Positions 1 to 10,523 of a stretch of 64,000 nt of DNA are shown piece after piece. The notes below the pieces were generated by a model. The model was not told the DNA's origin, did not search any database, and saw only the letters and a program-made list of their open reading frames with translations. The stretch's first letter is position 1; each line of letters begins with the position of its first letter. Source of the DNA: Thermoplasmata archaeon (GTDB lineage: Archaea; Thermoplasmatota; E2; DHVEG-1). Both the position numbers and the translations under genes were made by a program. The stretch spans positions 2,883 through 66,882 of the forward strand of contig JAHWGK010000008.1 of the NCBI GenBank assembly GCA_020054495.1, written 5' to 3'.

Positions 1-492
1 ATTCCTTTTTTAAATCATATGGTTGAGACGCTTGCCTGGAGAGCAAGTTTAAACATTGGAGTGAAAATTGATTCAAAAGTAAATTTAGAGCACACTATCG
101 CAGAGGATATTGGAATAACCCTGGGAAATGCAATTCTAGAGTTATATAAAATAAAATTATCAGAAGGAATAGAGGGTTTTGGATCTGCAAAAGGAGTAAT
201 AGATGAAGCTTCGGCAGATGCAACAATAAATATTGAAGGTAGAGTAAACTACTTTATTAATGGTCCAGAATTTCAAAATGTCGATGGGATTTCTGGTTGT
301 AGCTTAGTTGCGTTTTTAGAAGGATTTTGCCAAGGTTGTAAATGTACTTTGAGGTTAGATTATTCTGGAAAAGACCCTCATCACTCATGGGAAGCAGCAT
401 TTAGAGCAGTAGGTCATGCAATTAAAAATGCTTTAAGTAAAAACACGTGGAGAAAAGGAACTATTTCTGCGATGAAAGGAACTTTAGATTAA
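1..492 (+). CDS. hisB: Imidazoleglycerol-phosphate dehydratase, 5' truncated by window edge
   Basis: Frame open from base 1 (IPFLNHMVE...); motifs EHTIAEDIGI and DPHHSWEA; first of a run of his genes. Confidence 0.85.
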   Translation: MPFLNHMVETLAWRASLNIGVKIDSKVNLEHTIAEDIGITLGNAILELYKIKLSEGIEGFGSAKGVIDEASADATINIEGRVNYFINGPEFQNVDGISGCSLVAFLEGFCQGCKCTLRLDYSGKDPHHSWEAAFRAVGHAIKNALSKNTWRKGTISAMKGTLD

Positions 493-502
493 AGGGAATT
501 CA

Positions 503-1111
503 ATGAAAATAGGAATTATAAATTACGGAATGGGAAACATTCAAAGTGTATACAATGCTTTTAAGTATCTTAAAGTAGAAGTTGAGTTTACAAGACCCGA
601 GAATATTGAAAAATATAAAGCAGTTGTATTACCTGGTGTTGGAGCTTTTAAAGACACATTAACTTTATTAAATCCTTATAAAAAATATATTCAAGAGTTT
701 ATTTCAGGAAGAAGAGCTTTTTTAGGAATCTGTGTTGGTCTTCAATACCTATTTGAAAAAAGTTATGAAAATGGAGAGTGGGAAGGGCTTGGTTATTTCA
801 AGGGGGAAGTAAAAAAACTACCAGAAAAAAAACTTCCACAGATCGGCTGGAACAAAATTGTTATTAAAGAAGAAACGCCTCTTTTAAAAGATATATTATC
901 TGGTAGTTACGTATATTATATCAATTCATATGCAGCTGAAAAAGAAAACGCTTTTGCAACAAGCTTTTATGGAATGGAATTTGCAGCTGTCGTTGGAAAA
1001 GAAAATGTTTTTGGCACACAATTTCACCCTGAAAAAAGTGGAGAAATTGGACTAAAAATTCTAAAAAACTTTGTTGAGGTGACAAAAAATGTTTGTAATT
1101 CCAAGTATTGA
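503..1111 (+). CDS. hisH: Imidazole glycerol phosphate synthase, glutamine amidotransferase subunit
   Basis: INYGMGN, LPGVG, LGICVGLQ and QFHPEKSG motifs. Confidence 0.95.
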   Translation: MKIGIINYGMGNIQSVYNAFKYLKVEVEFTRPENIEKYKAVVLPGVGAFKDTLTLLNPYKKYIQEFISGRRAFLGICVGLQYLFEKSYENGEWEGLGYFKGEVKKLPEKKLPQIGWNKIVIKEETPLLKDILSGSYVYYINSYAAEKENAFATSFYGMEFAAVVGKENVFGTQFHPEKSGEIGLKILKNFVEVTKNVCNSKY

Positions 1112-1778
1112 TATATTGAATGGTAAATGTGTTCAATTAATAAATGGAAAAATTGAAACAGCAACAGTTTACGGAAATCCAAAAGATTACTACAAAAAGT
1201 GGGTAGAGAAAGGTGCAGATATAATTCATGTGGTTGACTTAGATGCTGCTTTTAATCTTGGCTCTAACAAACAGATAATATTCAATTTACTTGAAAAAGA
1301 AGAATTAGATGTTCAAGTTGGAGGCGGCATACGAGATGAAAAATATGCATATGAACTAATTAAAAACGGCGCAAAAAGAATCATTATTGGGAGTAAATCA
1401 TTAGATGCAGATTTTCTAAAAAAATTGAGGAAAAATATCCCAAAAGATAAGATAATGGTCGCTCTTGACACTTGTTTTGGTAATATTGTCTCAAACGCTT
1501 GGCAAAATGATACAGGAATACCCTACAGTGAAGGAGTTAAAAAAATTAAACTATATGCTGGCTCCATATTATCAACAGATGTAATTAAGGAAGGATTACT
1601 AAAGGGGCCTAATTTAAAAATACTTAAAAAAATTGTTCAGAAGGAAATCCCTACATATATTTCTGGAGGATTTACTACAATTGATGATATAAAACTTGCA
1701 GAGAGCTTTGGTTTTTCAGGTGTGATAATTGGTAGAGCTCTTTACACAAATAAACTTGATTTGGAGGAGTTATGGTAA
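1089..1778 (+). CDS. hisA: ProFAR isomerase
   Basis: IPSIDILNGKCVQL, HVVDLD, QVGGGIR; his operon context. Confidence 0.92.
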   Translation: MFVIPSIDILNGKCVQLINGKIETATVYGNPKDYYKKWVEKGADIIHVVDLDAAFNLGSNKQIIFNLLEKEELDVQVGGGIRDEKYAYELIKNGAKRIIIGSKSLDADFLKKLRKNIPKDKIMVALDTCFGNIVSNAWQNDTGIPYSEGVKKIKLYAGSILSTDVIKEGLLKGPNLKILKKIVQKEIPTYISGGFTTIDDIKLAESFGFSGVIIGRALYTNKLDLEELW

Positions 1779-2531
1779 ATGCTTGCAAAAAGAATTATCC
1801 CTTGTCTTGATGTTGATAATGGTCTTGTTGTGAAGGGGGTAAAATTTCAAACACTTGAAACTGTAGGAGATCCAGTGGAACTTGCTAATTGTTACAATAA
1901 GCAAAGTGCAGATGAGCTCGTGTTTTTAGATATTGGCGCCTCACCAAATAAAAGAAAAACTTTGTTTGAAGTAGTTAAAGGTGTTTCTGAACGGGTGTTT
2001 ATTCCACTGACTGTCGGAGGAGGTATAAGATCAATACAGGATGTTCAAATGGCTTTATCAAATGGTGCAGATAAAGTTTCGATTAATACAGCAGGTGTAA
2101 AAAATCCTCAACTTATCAGAAAATCGTCAGAGAAATTTGGATCTCAATGCATTGTTTGTGCAATAGATGCTCGAAAAGATGGTATTTCATGGTCTGTTTT
2201 GATTAACGGGGGAAGGAAGAAAACTGATAACGATGCAATACAATGGGCAAAAAAAGTTGAGAAATATGGTGCTGGTGAAATACTTCTCACCAGCTGGGAT
2301 GCTGATGGAACAAGAAAAGGATATGATTTAAAACTGACAAGAAAAATTGCTGGAGCTGTAAATATACCAGTTATTGCATCAGGTGGTGCAGGATCACTAA
2401 AAGACATTTTAAATGTTTTAACAATAGGAAAAGCAGATGCAGCACTAATCGCGAGTCTTTTTCATTTTGGAACCTTCACAGTTCAAGATGTAAAGGAATT
2501 TTTAAAAAGAAATGGAGTTGTTATTAGATGA
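1779..2531 (+). CDS. hisF: Imidazole glycerol phosphate synthase, cyclase subunit
   Basis: [39 protein letters not shown]. Confidence 0.97.
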   Translation: MLAKRIIPCLDVDNGLVVKGVKFQTLETVGDPVELANCYNKQSADELVFLDIGASPNKRKTLFEVVKGVSERVFIPLTVGGGIRSIQDVQMALSNGADKVSINTAGVKNPQLIRKSSEKFGSQCIVCAIDARKDGISWSVLINGGRKKTDNDAIQWAKKVEKYGAGEILLTSWDADGTRKGYDLKLTRKIAGAVNIPVIASGGAGSLKDILNVLTIGKADAALIASLFHFGTFTVQDVKEFLKRNGVVIR

Positions 2532-3142
2532 TGATAGATGCGCTTAAATTCAAGAATGATTTGATTCCTGTTATAGCTCAAGATATAGATAGAAATATTT
2601 TAATGCTAGCTTATGCAAACAAAGCATCTCTCAAAAAAACTCTTGAAACAAAAAAAGCTTGGTATTGGTCAAGGAAACGTAAAAAGCTCTGGATGAAGGG
2701 GGAAAAATCTGGTAATACACAGGAAATAATTGGAATTTATACTGACTGCGACAAAGATTCAATTTTGTATATAGTTAAACAAAATGGTGTTGCATGTCAC
2801 AATGGTACATATTCTTGTTTTACTGAACCGATCTTACCCAAAAAAGCCATGTCGATTTTAGAAGAAGTATATCAAGTAATAGAAGGGCGGAAAAAGTTCA
2901 AACCAAAAAACAGCTACGTAGCAGGCATAATAGAAGACAATAATAGATTAATTGCTAAGATTCAAGAAGAAAGTGAAGAATTAATCGAGGCTTTCAAAGA
3001 AAATGAAAATCTTGTCTGGGAAGCTGCCGATTTGATATTTCACACATTTTTGCTACTTGCAAATAAAAATGTAGAATGGGAAAAATTGGTCGAAGAATTT
3101 AAAAAAAGGAGGAGGAAAAAAGATGAAAATGCTGAGAAATGA
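2528..3142 (+). CDS. hisIE: Bifunctional phosphoribosyl-AMP cyclohydrolase / phosphoribosyl-ATP pyrophosphatase
   Basis: [25 protein letters not shown], then HisE-like EESEEL and EAADLIFH. Confidence 0.93.
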   Translation: MMIDALKFKNDLIPVIAQDIDRNILMLAYANKASLKKTLETKKAWYWSRKRKKLWMKGEKSGNTQEIIGIYTDCDKDSILYIVKQNGVACHNGTYSCFTEPILPKKAMSILEEVYQVIEGRKKFKPKNSYVAGIIEDNNRLIAKIQEESEELIEAFKENENLVWEAADLIFHTFLLLANKNVEWEKLVEEFKKRRRKKDENAEK

Positions 3143-3299
3143 AAAGTTATATTATATAGGTAAAAAACTTAGATTGAAGAAGAAGGACATAGATCTAGTT
3201 ATAAATGATACAAATAACATAGAAGAACAATCTTCTTCAGCTGGGCCTCCCTGGTATCCAGGGACTCACTACGGGACAGTAAGCATCGACGAATTCTAA
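3123..3299 (+). CDS. Putative 58-aa small protein (not in ORF track)
   Basis: Hand-translated [16 protein letters not shown]...AGPPWYPGTHYGTVSIDEF*; AGGAGGAGG just upstream; overlaps end of hisIE. Confidence 0.5.
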   Translation: MKMLRNEKLYYIGKKLRLKKKDIDLVINDTNNIEEQSSSAGPPWYPGTHYGTVSIDEF

Positions 3300-3339
3300 A
3301 ATAATATAAATTCTTAGAAAGCAACAGATCAAAAAACAA

Positions 3340-4701
3340 TTATTGTAATTCATCGTGAATTGCTTTTATAGATTCCCTCAAAAACTTTTCTTTTATGATG
3401 AAATAATACGCAGCTTCTGATGCACCTGCTGAAATCATTTCAATATTAATTCCTTTTTTTGCAATTGAGCTGAATACTCTTGCAGCAATGCCGTGATGTT
3501 CAAGTAAACCTTCGCCTACTATTGCTATCAAAGCTATATCCTTAATTTTTTCCAGTTTTTCAACAGTTTTAATTTTATTAGTTGCTAGTATTTCATAACT
3601 TTTAGTTAAATCTTTATTTTCCAATAAAAGAGTGATACAAGTTTGTGAGGTAATTACTGATTTAATATTGATTTTATTTGAGCTTATATTTGAAGTAATT
3701 TCTGATAAAACACCGGGTTTATTGCCTATACCCGGACCGTGTATTTTGATACATGCGATATCTTTACTATGAACTATGCTTTTAACCAATTGTTTACTAT
3801 AGCCATTGTTTCCAATTATTGTTCCTATACCTTGGGGTTTATTAGTGTTTTTTATTACCAGTTTAATGTCTTTTTTCGCTAATGGTTCAACTGTTCTTGG
3901 ATGCAAAATTTTTGCGCCGAAATATGCCAGTTCTGCAGCCTCTTTGTATGAGAGATGATTCAGTAAGTGAGCTTCATTAATAATACTAGGGTCGACATTC
4001 ATGAAACCATCAACATCTTTCCATAGATCCACCTCATCGGCATTAACAGCATTAGCAATCACAGATGCACTATAGTCACTACCATTACGACCGAAAATAG
4101 TAGTATGCCCATTATTATCACATCCAAAAAAACCTGTAATAATAGGGACTATATTCTTTTTAAGGGTCGGTAAAATCTTTTGATTTATATTATTAGAGGA
4201 GAGGTGTAAAATTGCAATAGCATTTCCAAAATCACCATTGGTAAGAATACCTAAATTATCAGCTTCAAAAACTTGGGCTTTCACACTCCGATCACAAAGT
4301 GTTCCTGCAAGTATTGGTACTGAAAGTCTTTCACCGTAACTAAGTATCAAATCTCTGGTTTTATCGGTAAGTTCTCTGACATAATAGACCCCTCGTAACA
4401 ATCGTTCTAATTTTTCAATTTTTTTATTTATTATTTCCTGAACTCTTTTAAATATGGCTTTATCTGTAATTGCTTCTGAAGAGATTTTAAAGTGTAATCT
4501 GCGTAAATGTTGAATAAGCCCTTGTATTGCGATTTCATCAAATTTTTTATAGTTAAGATACTGCTGAATTGTATCTGTAACACCACAAACACCTGACAAT
4601 ATCACAATTTTTTTGTCTTTTTCATTTTTAATTATTTTTGCGACAGTTCGGAAACCATCTGCATTTTTTAGGCTTGAGCCACCAAATTTCATTACTTTCA
4701 T
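3340..4701 (-). CDS. lysC: Aspartate kinase with two ACT domains
   Basis: MKVMKFGGSS, GRNGSDYSA, WKDVDG, EAAELAYFGAKILHP. Confidence 0.93.
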   Translation of the reverse strand: MKVMKFGGSSLKNADGFRTVAKIIKNEKDKKIVILSGVCGVTDTIQQYLNYKKFDEIAIQGLIQHLRRLHFKISSEAITDKAIFKRVQEIINKKIEKLERLLRGVYYVRELTDKTRDLILSYGERLSVPILAGTLCDRSVKAQVFEADNLGILTNGDFGNAIAILHLSSNNINQKILPTLKKNIVPIITGFFGCDNNGHTTIFGRNGSDYSASVIANAVNADEVDLWKDVDGFMNVDPSIINEAHLLNHLSYKEAAELAYFGAKILHPRTVEPLAKKDIKLVIKNTNKPQGIGTIIGNNGYSKQLVKSIVHSKDIACIKIHGPGIGNKPGVLSEITSNISSNKINIKSVITSQTCITLLLENKDLTKSYEILATNKIKTVEKLEKIKDIALIAIVGEGLLEHHGIAARVFSSIAKKGINIEMISAGASEAAYYFIIKEKFLRESIKAIHDELQ

Positions 4702-4720
4702 TTTTTATTAATCCCCCTAT

Positions 4721-5776
4721 TTATCCTAAATATCCTTCTTGCTTTGTATATTCTGCATTCAAAACGGAATTGCCAGCTGCGCCCCTAATCGTGTTATGAA
4801 CGAGTAGTAAAAATCTAACTTGGTTCCCATGCTTTTTAAATCTTCCCACAGATACACTCATGCCTCTTGTTCTTGCAGGTGAACCTGCATTAACATCAAG
4901 TATAGGCTGTGGTCTGTTGTTCTCATTTCTTAAAATGAGGGGTTTGCGTGGAGAAGTTGGCAAATTTCCTATTGAACTAAATTTTCTAATTTCTTTTTTA
5001 ATATCATCTAAATCAACATCATCTTCAAATTCAACAATAACTGACTCAAGATGACCATCTCTAACTGGGACTCTTGCACAAGAAGGGATAATTTCAATTT
5101 TTTTATTGTTAATTTTATTATTATGAAATTCTCCTAAAATCTTTTTTGTTTCAATTTGAATCCTTTCTTCTTCGCCTCCAATATATGGTATAACATTACC
5201 TAAAATGTCAATTGATGAAACACCCGGGTATCCCGCCCCAGAAAGTGCTTGATAAGTTGTAACAATAACATTGCGGATTTTGTATTTAGTTAATGGTTTT
5301 AATGCAATAGCAAGGCCAGTTGTAGAACAATTTGGGTTTGTCACAATAAAACCCTTGTGTTTTTTCTTCTGAACCTTAATCAATTTTATATGATCGGGAT
5401 TTACTTCAGGAATCAGAATAGGAATGCTTTTGTCAAGTCTATAAGCACGAGAATTTGAAAACACTGCAAATCCATTTTCAGCAAGTGTTTTTTCTATGTT
5501 TACCGCAATAATTGGCGGAAGTGCACTAAACACAACCTTGATACCTTTCTTTTTAAACAATTTAAGATCAAATAATTTGATTTGCAATTTTTTTACATAT
5601 GAAGGAACCTCTCCGTCTATTAACCAATGCACTGCGTTTCCATATTTTTTACCCTCATTTTTTTCAGAGGCTGTTATAATTGTGAGTTCAAAGAACGGAT
5701 GGTTCTCTAGTAATTTTATAAAACGTTGACCAACAATTCCAGTTCCACCTAGTACTGAACACTTTATTTTTGTAAT
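4721..5776 (-). CDS. asd: Aspartate-semialdehyde dehydrogenase (archaeal type); N-terminus extends beyond ORF track, apparent ATT start
   Basis: [24 protein letters not shown]; Rossmann motif [19 protein letters not shown] is in frame upstream of the listed ATG. Confidence 0.9.
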   Translation of the reverse strand: MTKIKCSVLGGTGIVGQRFIKLLENHPFFELTIITASEKNEGKKYGNAVHWLIDGEVPSYVKKLQIKLFDLKLFKKKGIKVVFSALPPIIAVNIEKTLAENGFAVFSNSRAYRLDKSIPILIPEVNPDHIKLIKVQKKKHKGFIVTNPNCSTTGLAIALKPLTKYKIRNVIVTTYQALSGAGYPGVSSIDILGNVIPYIGGEEERIQIETKKILGEFHNNKINNKKIEIIPSCARVPVRDGHLESVIVEFEDDVDLDDIKKEIRKFSSIGNLPTSPRKPLILRNENNRPQPILDVNAGSPARTRGMSVSVGRFKKHGNQVRFLLLVHNTIRGAAGNSVLNAEYTKQEGYLG

Positions 5777-5777
5777 T

Positions 5778-6500
5778 TTATCGCCCTCTTGTAATTAATT
5801 CATAAGGTACATTTGCAGTAAAAATTTCGGGAACATTCCCCCAAAAACCAATCTTTTCATCGATGATTATTGTTACACCAGATATTTCTTCAATACCCTT
5901 TAAAATCTTGAATGCATCTTTGATATCTCCGCCTTTATTTACTAGATTACCCAGAGCAGTTGCAGCTGCATCAGCAATTGATATATTATTTGATATGACA
6001 ATGACGGCATCAGTGTTACCAAAGCTGAGAGAATGCCCAATCTTACCAGATGACGTGCATAAACCAAGAATTTTATTTTTTGGTGAAATTCTAAAGGCAA
6101 GTTTCCCTGTAGATTGATTTCCAGTGTATATGCCAATAGTAATTGTCCTATCTGAAAATAGTGCGAGGTCTCCGCCATTATCAACAATTGCATGTTTTGC
6201 ACCTTTTGAGACCATTGCTTTTACAGCATACTCTGCAATAATTCCAGCCACTGTTGACATTGGACCAATATTTAACTTCTCAGAAGATCTACACATTTTC
6301 TTGATAATTTCAGGTGCATTATTGTCAAATTTGTAAGGCTCTAAAGTTATTTTAAAAAACTCGTCTTTTTGAATATATTGCTCTATATCTTTTCTACATT
6401 TTTTTATTTCTTCTATAGCAATTTCAATATAATGATCATTTTCTGCAATAATTGTAACAATTGTTTCATTAAGTTGAAAATGTTTTCTTTTTAGTTTTAT
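5778..6500 (-). CDS. UPF0280 / ApbE-like protein (COG2122); start not canonical
   Basis: GPMSTVAG, VDNGGD, CTSSGKIGHSLSFG, ADAAATA; in-frame upstream RKHFQLNETIVTIIA resembles the family N-terminus. Confidence 0.85.
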   Translation of the reverse strand: MKLKRKHFQLNETIVTIIAENDHYIEIAIEEIKKCRKDIEQYIQKDEFFKITLEPYKFDNNAPEIIKKMCRSSEKLNIGPMSTVAGIIAEYAVKAMVSKGAKHAIVDNGGDLALFSDRTITIGIYTGNQSTGKLAFRISPKNKILGLCTSSGKIGHSLSFGNTDAVIVISNNISIADAAATALGNLVNKGGDIKDAFKILKGIEEISGVTIIIDEKIGFWGNVPEIFTANVPYELITRGR

Positions 6501-6529
6501 ATCGCCTTCAAGAATTGTTTCGTTAACTT

Positions 6530-7696
6530 TTATGTTTCTCCCCCCTTCTTATTTGAATCCAACGATTTAAGTGATTTATCTAATGAAAAACGTTGGATCG
6601 GCTCTTGAATTAAAAACTGTCCTTTTTCAATCCATAATTTAAGAGTATCAGCAATTTTTTTGGCTTTGTTGTAATTTGATAAGGATCTGGTTGGAACTTC
6701 TTTTCCATTTATATTAATATAACCACGTCTCAACTGTTCATAATTAACTTCACCAAATACTGGATGATCTCGTGAACGAGAACTGTAATCATAAATAGTT
6801 GTGTAGATATCCTTGTCTCTAACCAATGTATATTTCAGAATCTCTTCATTTAAAATCGGAATGGGAACACCAATTCCAACTCTCATTGAAACTCCATATT
6901 TAGGAAGAGAAATAGCTTTGATATATTCTGAACTCATTTCCTTTAAATTACCTATTACTCCAAGGCAACCTGCAGGTTGTTTTGGTACGCCTCCCTCAGT
7001 CCTTGGAACTTTTGATTTAAATTGAGTTCCTTCCCATGTGACATATCCTTGTGTACCACCTAGAAAAATTCTAGTTCCGATTCCAATAGTTTTATAATAT
7101 GGGTCATTTAACAAGGGACTTAGCTGTCCAGCAGAGGAATAATTAGCATTACCAAAGTTTGGTAATAGTTTACCCATATACGTGTACAAAGTTTTATTTG
7201 AAGGATTTGTTGCAACTCCATAATTTTGATATGAATTACGAGGGTTGAACATTACTGCTTGATTAATTGATTTTAGTGAGATATATGTATCAATTTCTTT
7301 TCTAGGGTAGCAATCTGTAGGATAGCCAATTGCATGTAAAAGGATTTTTTTTCCTTTAATTAGGTCCTCAATTACATGAGCTCCACCATATTTTAGATTG
7401 AGATTTTTGTCAATTTCGGTAGCTCCTAAGTAAGCATCCACTGCAGCAAGTCCACAATAGACTTGGATGCCGTTTAACCATGCTTTAAGCATTTTAATAG
7501 GAGGATCTGCATGTCCAAAATTTAAATATATACCTGATGAGCACATTGCACCAAATGTACCTGTTGTAACAACGTCTACTTCTTTTGCAACCTTTTTTAC
7601 TCCATTTTGTCTTACTAATTCAATGATTTCTTCAGCATTTACTACGACGCATTCTTTATTAGCAATTTTTTTGTTTATTTCTTTATAGGTTTTCAT
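6530..7696 (-). CDS. Homocysteine biosynthesis protein / aspartate-semialdehyde sulfurtransferase (MJ0100/MA1821, DUF39 family), without CBS domains
   Basis: EVDVVTTGTFGAMCSSG, GTRIFLGG, NPRNSYQNY, SAGQLSPLLNDP; 388 aa, ends before any CBS pair. Confidence 0.9.
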   Translation of the reverse strand: MKTYKEINKKIANKECVVVNAEEIIELVRQNGVKKVAKEVDVVTTGTFGAMCSSGIYLNFGHADPPIKMLKAWLNGIQVYCGLAAVDAYLGATEIDKNLNLKYGGAHVIEDLIKGKKILLHAIGYPTDCYPRKEIDTYISLKSINQAVMFNPRNSYQNYGVATNPSNKTLYTYMGKLLPNFGNANYSSAGQLSPLLNDPYYKTIGIGTRIFLGGTQGYVTWEGTQFKSKVPRTEGGVPKQPAGCLGVIGNLKEMSSEYIKAISLPKYGVSMRVGIGVPIPILNEEILKYTLVRDKDIYTTIYDYSSRSRDHPVFGEVNYEQLRRGYININGKEVPTRSLSNYNKAKKIADTLKLWIEKGQFLIQEPIQRFSLDKSLKSLDSNKKGGET

Positions 7697-7758
7697 ATTT
7701 TTAATACCAACCCTATATTAAGATTGTATTAGGCATATAATAATATTTTTTGTTAAAA

Positions 7759-7776
7759 TTATTCCAATAGGAATAA
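7759..7776. promoter_or_regulatory. Inverted repeat TTATTCC-N4-GGAATAA, candidate operator
   Basis: Perfect 7-bp arms in the divergent intergenic region between the homocysteine operon and an HTH-CBS gene. Confidence 0.5.
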
Positions 7777-7805
7777 ATACTAGTAATGCAATAATACATA
7801 TTATT

Positions 7806-8357
7806 ATGTTATACGAACTGAGAAGAGTAAAACAAATGAGGCAGAAACTTGGACTTACTCAGACTCAACTTGCGAAATTAGCAAATGTTAGTCAGTCTAT
7901 TATTACAAAGATTGAAAGAGGAACAATAGAACCTTCATATTCAATTGCAAAAAGATTATTTGAAGTAATGGAAGAACAATTAGCAGATACCCAAGAACAA
8001 ATAATTGCAAAAAATATTTGTACAAAAAACATTACCTTTGTAAAATCCAGTGAGACTCTTGATAAAGCCATACAACTGATGAAAAAGCATTCAATCTCCC
8101 AGATGCCTGTAATTGATAATTCAGATATCATTGTGGGAAGTATCTCTGAGGAAACATTTATTAAAAATTATGACAAAATAAAAAATAAAGAAATGAACGT
8201 TGAACAAATTATGGATGACCCTTTTCCAACTATTCCTGAAAAATCACAAATAGCATTAATTAGAGATATACTAAAAAGATATCCAGCTGTAATTTTAACA
8301 AAGAAAGGTAAACCAACTGGCATCATTTCAAAAGCAGATTTACTTAAAAAACTTTAA
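7806..8357 (+). CDS. XRE-type HTH + CBS-pair transcriptional regulator
   Basis: RQKLGLTQTQLAKLANVSQSIITKIERG followed by two CBS repeats (ISQMPVID, GIISKADLL). Confidence 0.88.
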   Translation: MLYELRRVKQMRQKLGLTQTQLAKLANVSQSIITKIERGTIEPSYSIAKRLFEVMEEQLADTQEQIIAKNICTKNITFVKSSETLDKAIQLMKKHSISQMPVIDNSDIIVGSISEETFIKNYDKIKNKEMNVEQIMDDPFPTIPEKSQIALIRDILKRYPAVILTKKGKPTGIISKADLLKKL

Positions 8358-9121
8358 AACGCATTCACAATTTTGATATTTTTTCCTTTAGCAATCATAA
8401 ATATGTTCTTTTTTATCAAATCATAATTAGCAATGTTTTTTGAGATATCAGATTTCAATATTTTTTCAACATTTTCTTTAATACCTGGTTTTAAATTTAG
8501 TTTATCAACCATTATTTCTGTTGCACCGTTTTCGATAAAAGCATCTATAATTATTGGCAAATCCTCAAGCTTTATGGTTGGATAAACAGGACCAAAAAAT
8601 ATACTTGTTTTAATTCCTCTGTCAGAACACTTTTTCAAAGCTATGAATCTTTCTTTAATGGTTGATGAATATGGCTCCAGAAGTTTTCTTTTAGAATCAT
8701 CTAGAGTTGCAATACTAAACATGACTTCGGCCTTTGAAAATTTTGAAATCAAATCAATATCCCTTATTATCAAATCTGATTTTGTTTGAATGCAAACTGG
8801 AAAATCACGTAACAGAAGTTGCTCTAAACAATATCTAGTAAGCTTGTATTTTTTTTCAATAGGTTGGTAAGGATCAGTAACTGTTGAAATTGCAACAACA
8901 CCAGGTTTTTTTGATTTAAGCTCTTTTGAGAGAATAATAGGAATGTTTGTTTTGACATCAACAAAACTACCCCATGTGCTTCTTTTAATTCTTAAGACAT
9001 TTGGGACATAACAATAAGCACATGTATGTTGGCATCCCCTGTATGGATTTAAAGAATAATCTAAGCCTGGAAGTAAAGATTTTGAAAGTGCAGTCTTACA
9101 TTTTATTTCATTAGTTTTCAT
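8354..9121 (-). CDS. Radical SAM protein, SplB/Rv2578c-like
   Basis: NPYRGCQHTCAYCY, TVTDPYQPIE, IQTKS. Confidence 0.85.
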   Translation of the reverse strand: MKTNEIKCKTALSKSLLPGLDYSLNPYRGCQHTCAYCYVPNVLRIKRSTWGSFVDVKTNIPIILSKELKSKKPGVVAISTVTDPYQPIEKKYKLTRYCLEQLLLRDFPVCIQTKSDLIIRDIDLISKFSKAEVMFSIATLDDSKRKLLEPYSSTIKERFIALKKCSDRGIKTSIFFGPVYPTIKLEDLPIIIDAFIENGATEIMVDKLNLKPGIKENVEKILKSDISKNIANYDLIKKNIFMIAKGKNIKIVNAF

Positions 9122-9129
9122 TTAATCTC

Positions 9130-10413
9130 CTAAAAATCTTCAAGTCTTTTTTGATATAGTTGATTTTTAAGAATCGCACTATTTCGTATCCATCGCTGGA
9201 GAGGTATATCCATTTTTTCAGAAACGAATACTAGGGCTTGATTTAAAGTATCGAATTTTCGATAGGGTTCTTTTAGTGCTTTTCTTACACTTTCACGGAC
9301 ATTCCAAACACCGATGGGCATTATATACCCAGGATGCGCTTCTCTAAGAATTACGGCTCCTGCTTGTCTTCTTTCCTTATTCAATACTTCATTTACAGCA
9401 AGGCGGGCAGCATAATAACAACCACCAATTTCTGCATAAGTAGTTCTGCCCTTGTAAAACTCATAACTATTAAAAATCGAAATGGAACTACCATATGGGT
9501 TCCATGTTGTATTTGGATACCATGCTTCAATTAGCTCATACTGCCACTCAGATGGTGTCATAAGTACTGCCCATCTGTTATCAAATTGATTATGATAGTA
9601 AACCCTAAATTCATTAATCCAAGGATATGTCTTTGTATTTTTCATTAAGTTTTCACCAATATTAGAGTCAACAGCAGTGATACTCCAACGAGTTGGAACA
9701 AAACGTCTTAGTTTTTTAACTCCGAAAGCACCTACACTAAAAGCACGTTGAATTTTTGATATTCTAACTCCATCATTATACAAATTAAAAATTGCATCTT
9801 TAGATTTTAAATCAGTGTCATAAAACGCTTTTTCAATATGTTGTTCATATTTTGGATTTGAAATATCAAATTTCCTTATTGGTGCGGATGGCCCATGAGG
9901 TTGTGCATCATCATAAAAGGCAATGCTCCCACGGGGCTTCTTTGAAAAAATTGCATCAGTAAAAACACTGTTTTTAGCTAGAGCAAGCTCTCTAGTATAT
10001 TCAACAATTTTATTTGAGCTTTCAACATTATATACATCAACAGTGTGTTTACCTCGGATAAGCATTGAACGAAAATCTACAATATCGTCAATACTTTTAT
10101 TTAGCCACAGTTCTGGAGTATCAATAATTGATGTATCACCCATAATTGGTGGAATCATAGGACCAATCGATACTTTTGGATAACCAATTCTGCCGATAAA
10201 AACGCTAGGTGGAGATGACCCACCTATTCTAACAGTGTCAATTAAAGATTTCACTTTATCTCGTGAATGATATTTTACAATAACAGGGCACCTTGATTTA
10301 CCACATAAAAATTTTGTACCACGACATAGAGCACATAAACTAGTAGATTCTTGCTTTGTAATTGGTAGAAGTTTCTCTTGGTTATTTGAATAAAATTTAG
10401 TATTTTGCAACAT
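9130..10413 (-). CDS. nreA: Nre-family DNA repair protein
   Basis: CxxC...CG...CP N-terminus, SSPPSVFIG, VPTRWSITAVD, C-terminal PIP-like motif QKRLEDF. Confidence 0.88.
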   Translation of the reverse strand: MLQNTKFYSNNQEKLLPITKQESTSLCALCRGTKFLCGKSRCPVIVKYHSRDKVKSLIDTVRIGGSSPPSVFIGRIGYPKVSIGPMIPPIMGDTSIIDTPELWLNKSIDDIVDFRSMLIRGKHTVDVYNVESSNKIVEYTRELALAKNSVFTDAIFSKKPRGSIAFYDDAQPHGPSAPIRKFDISNPKYEQHIEKAFYDTDLKSKDAIFNLYNDGVRISKIQRAFSVGAFGVKKLRRFVPTRWSITAVDSNIGENLMKNTKTYPWINEFRVYYHNQFDNRWAVLMTPSEWQYELIEAWYPNTTWNPYGSSISIFNSYEFYKGRTTYAEIGGCYYAARLAVNEVLNKERRQAGAVILREAHPGYIMPIGVWNVRESVRKALKEPYRKFDTLNQALVFVSEKMDIPLQRWIRNSAILKNQLYQKRLEDF

Positions 10414-10523
10414 TGTATCATTGGATTGTTTGTTTTAAATAATTTTCCTTGAGTTGATTAAAAGTATAACATTTTTTACTCCAAATACTTATTTATTAGA
10501 TATTGCATTTCGGCGTGATAATT

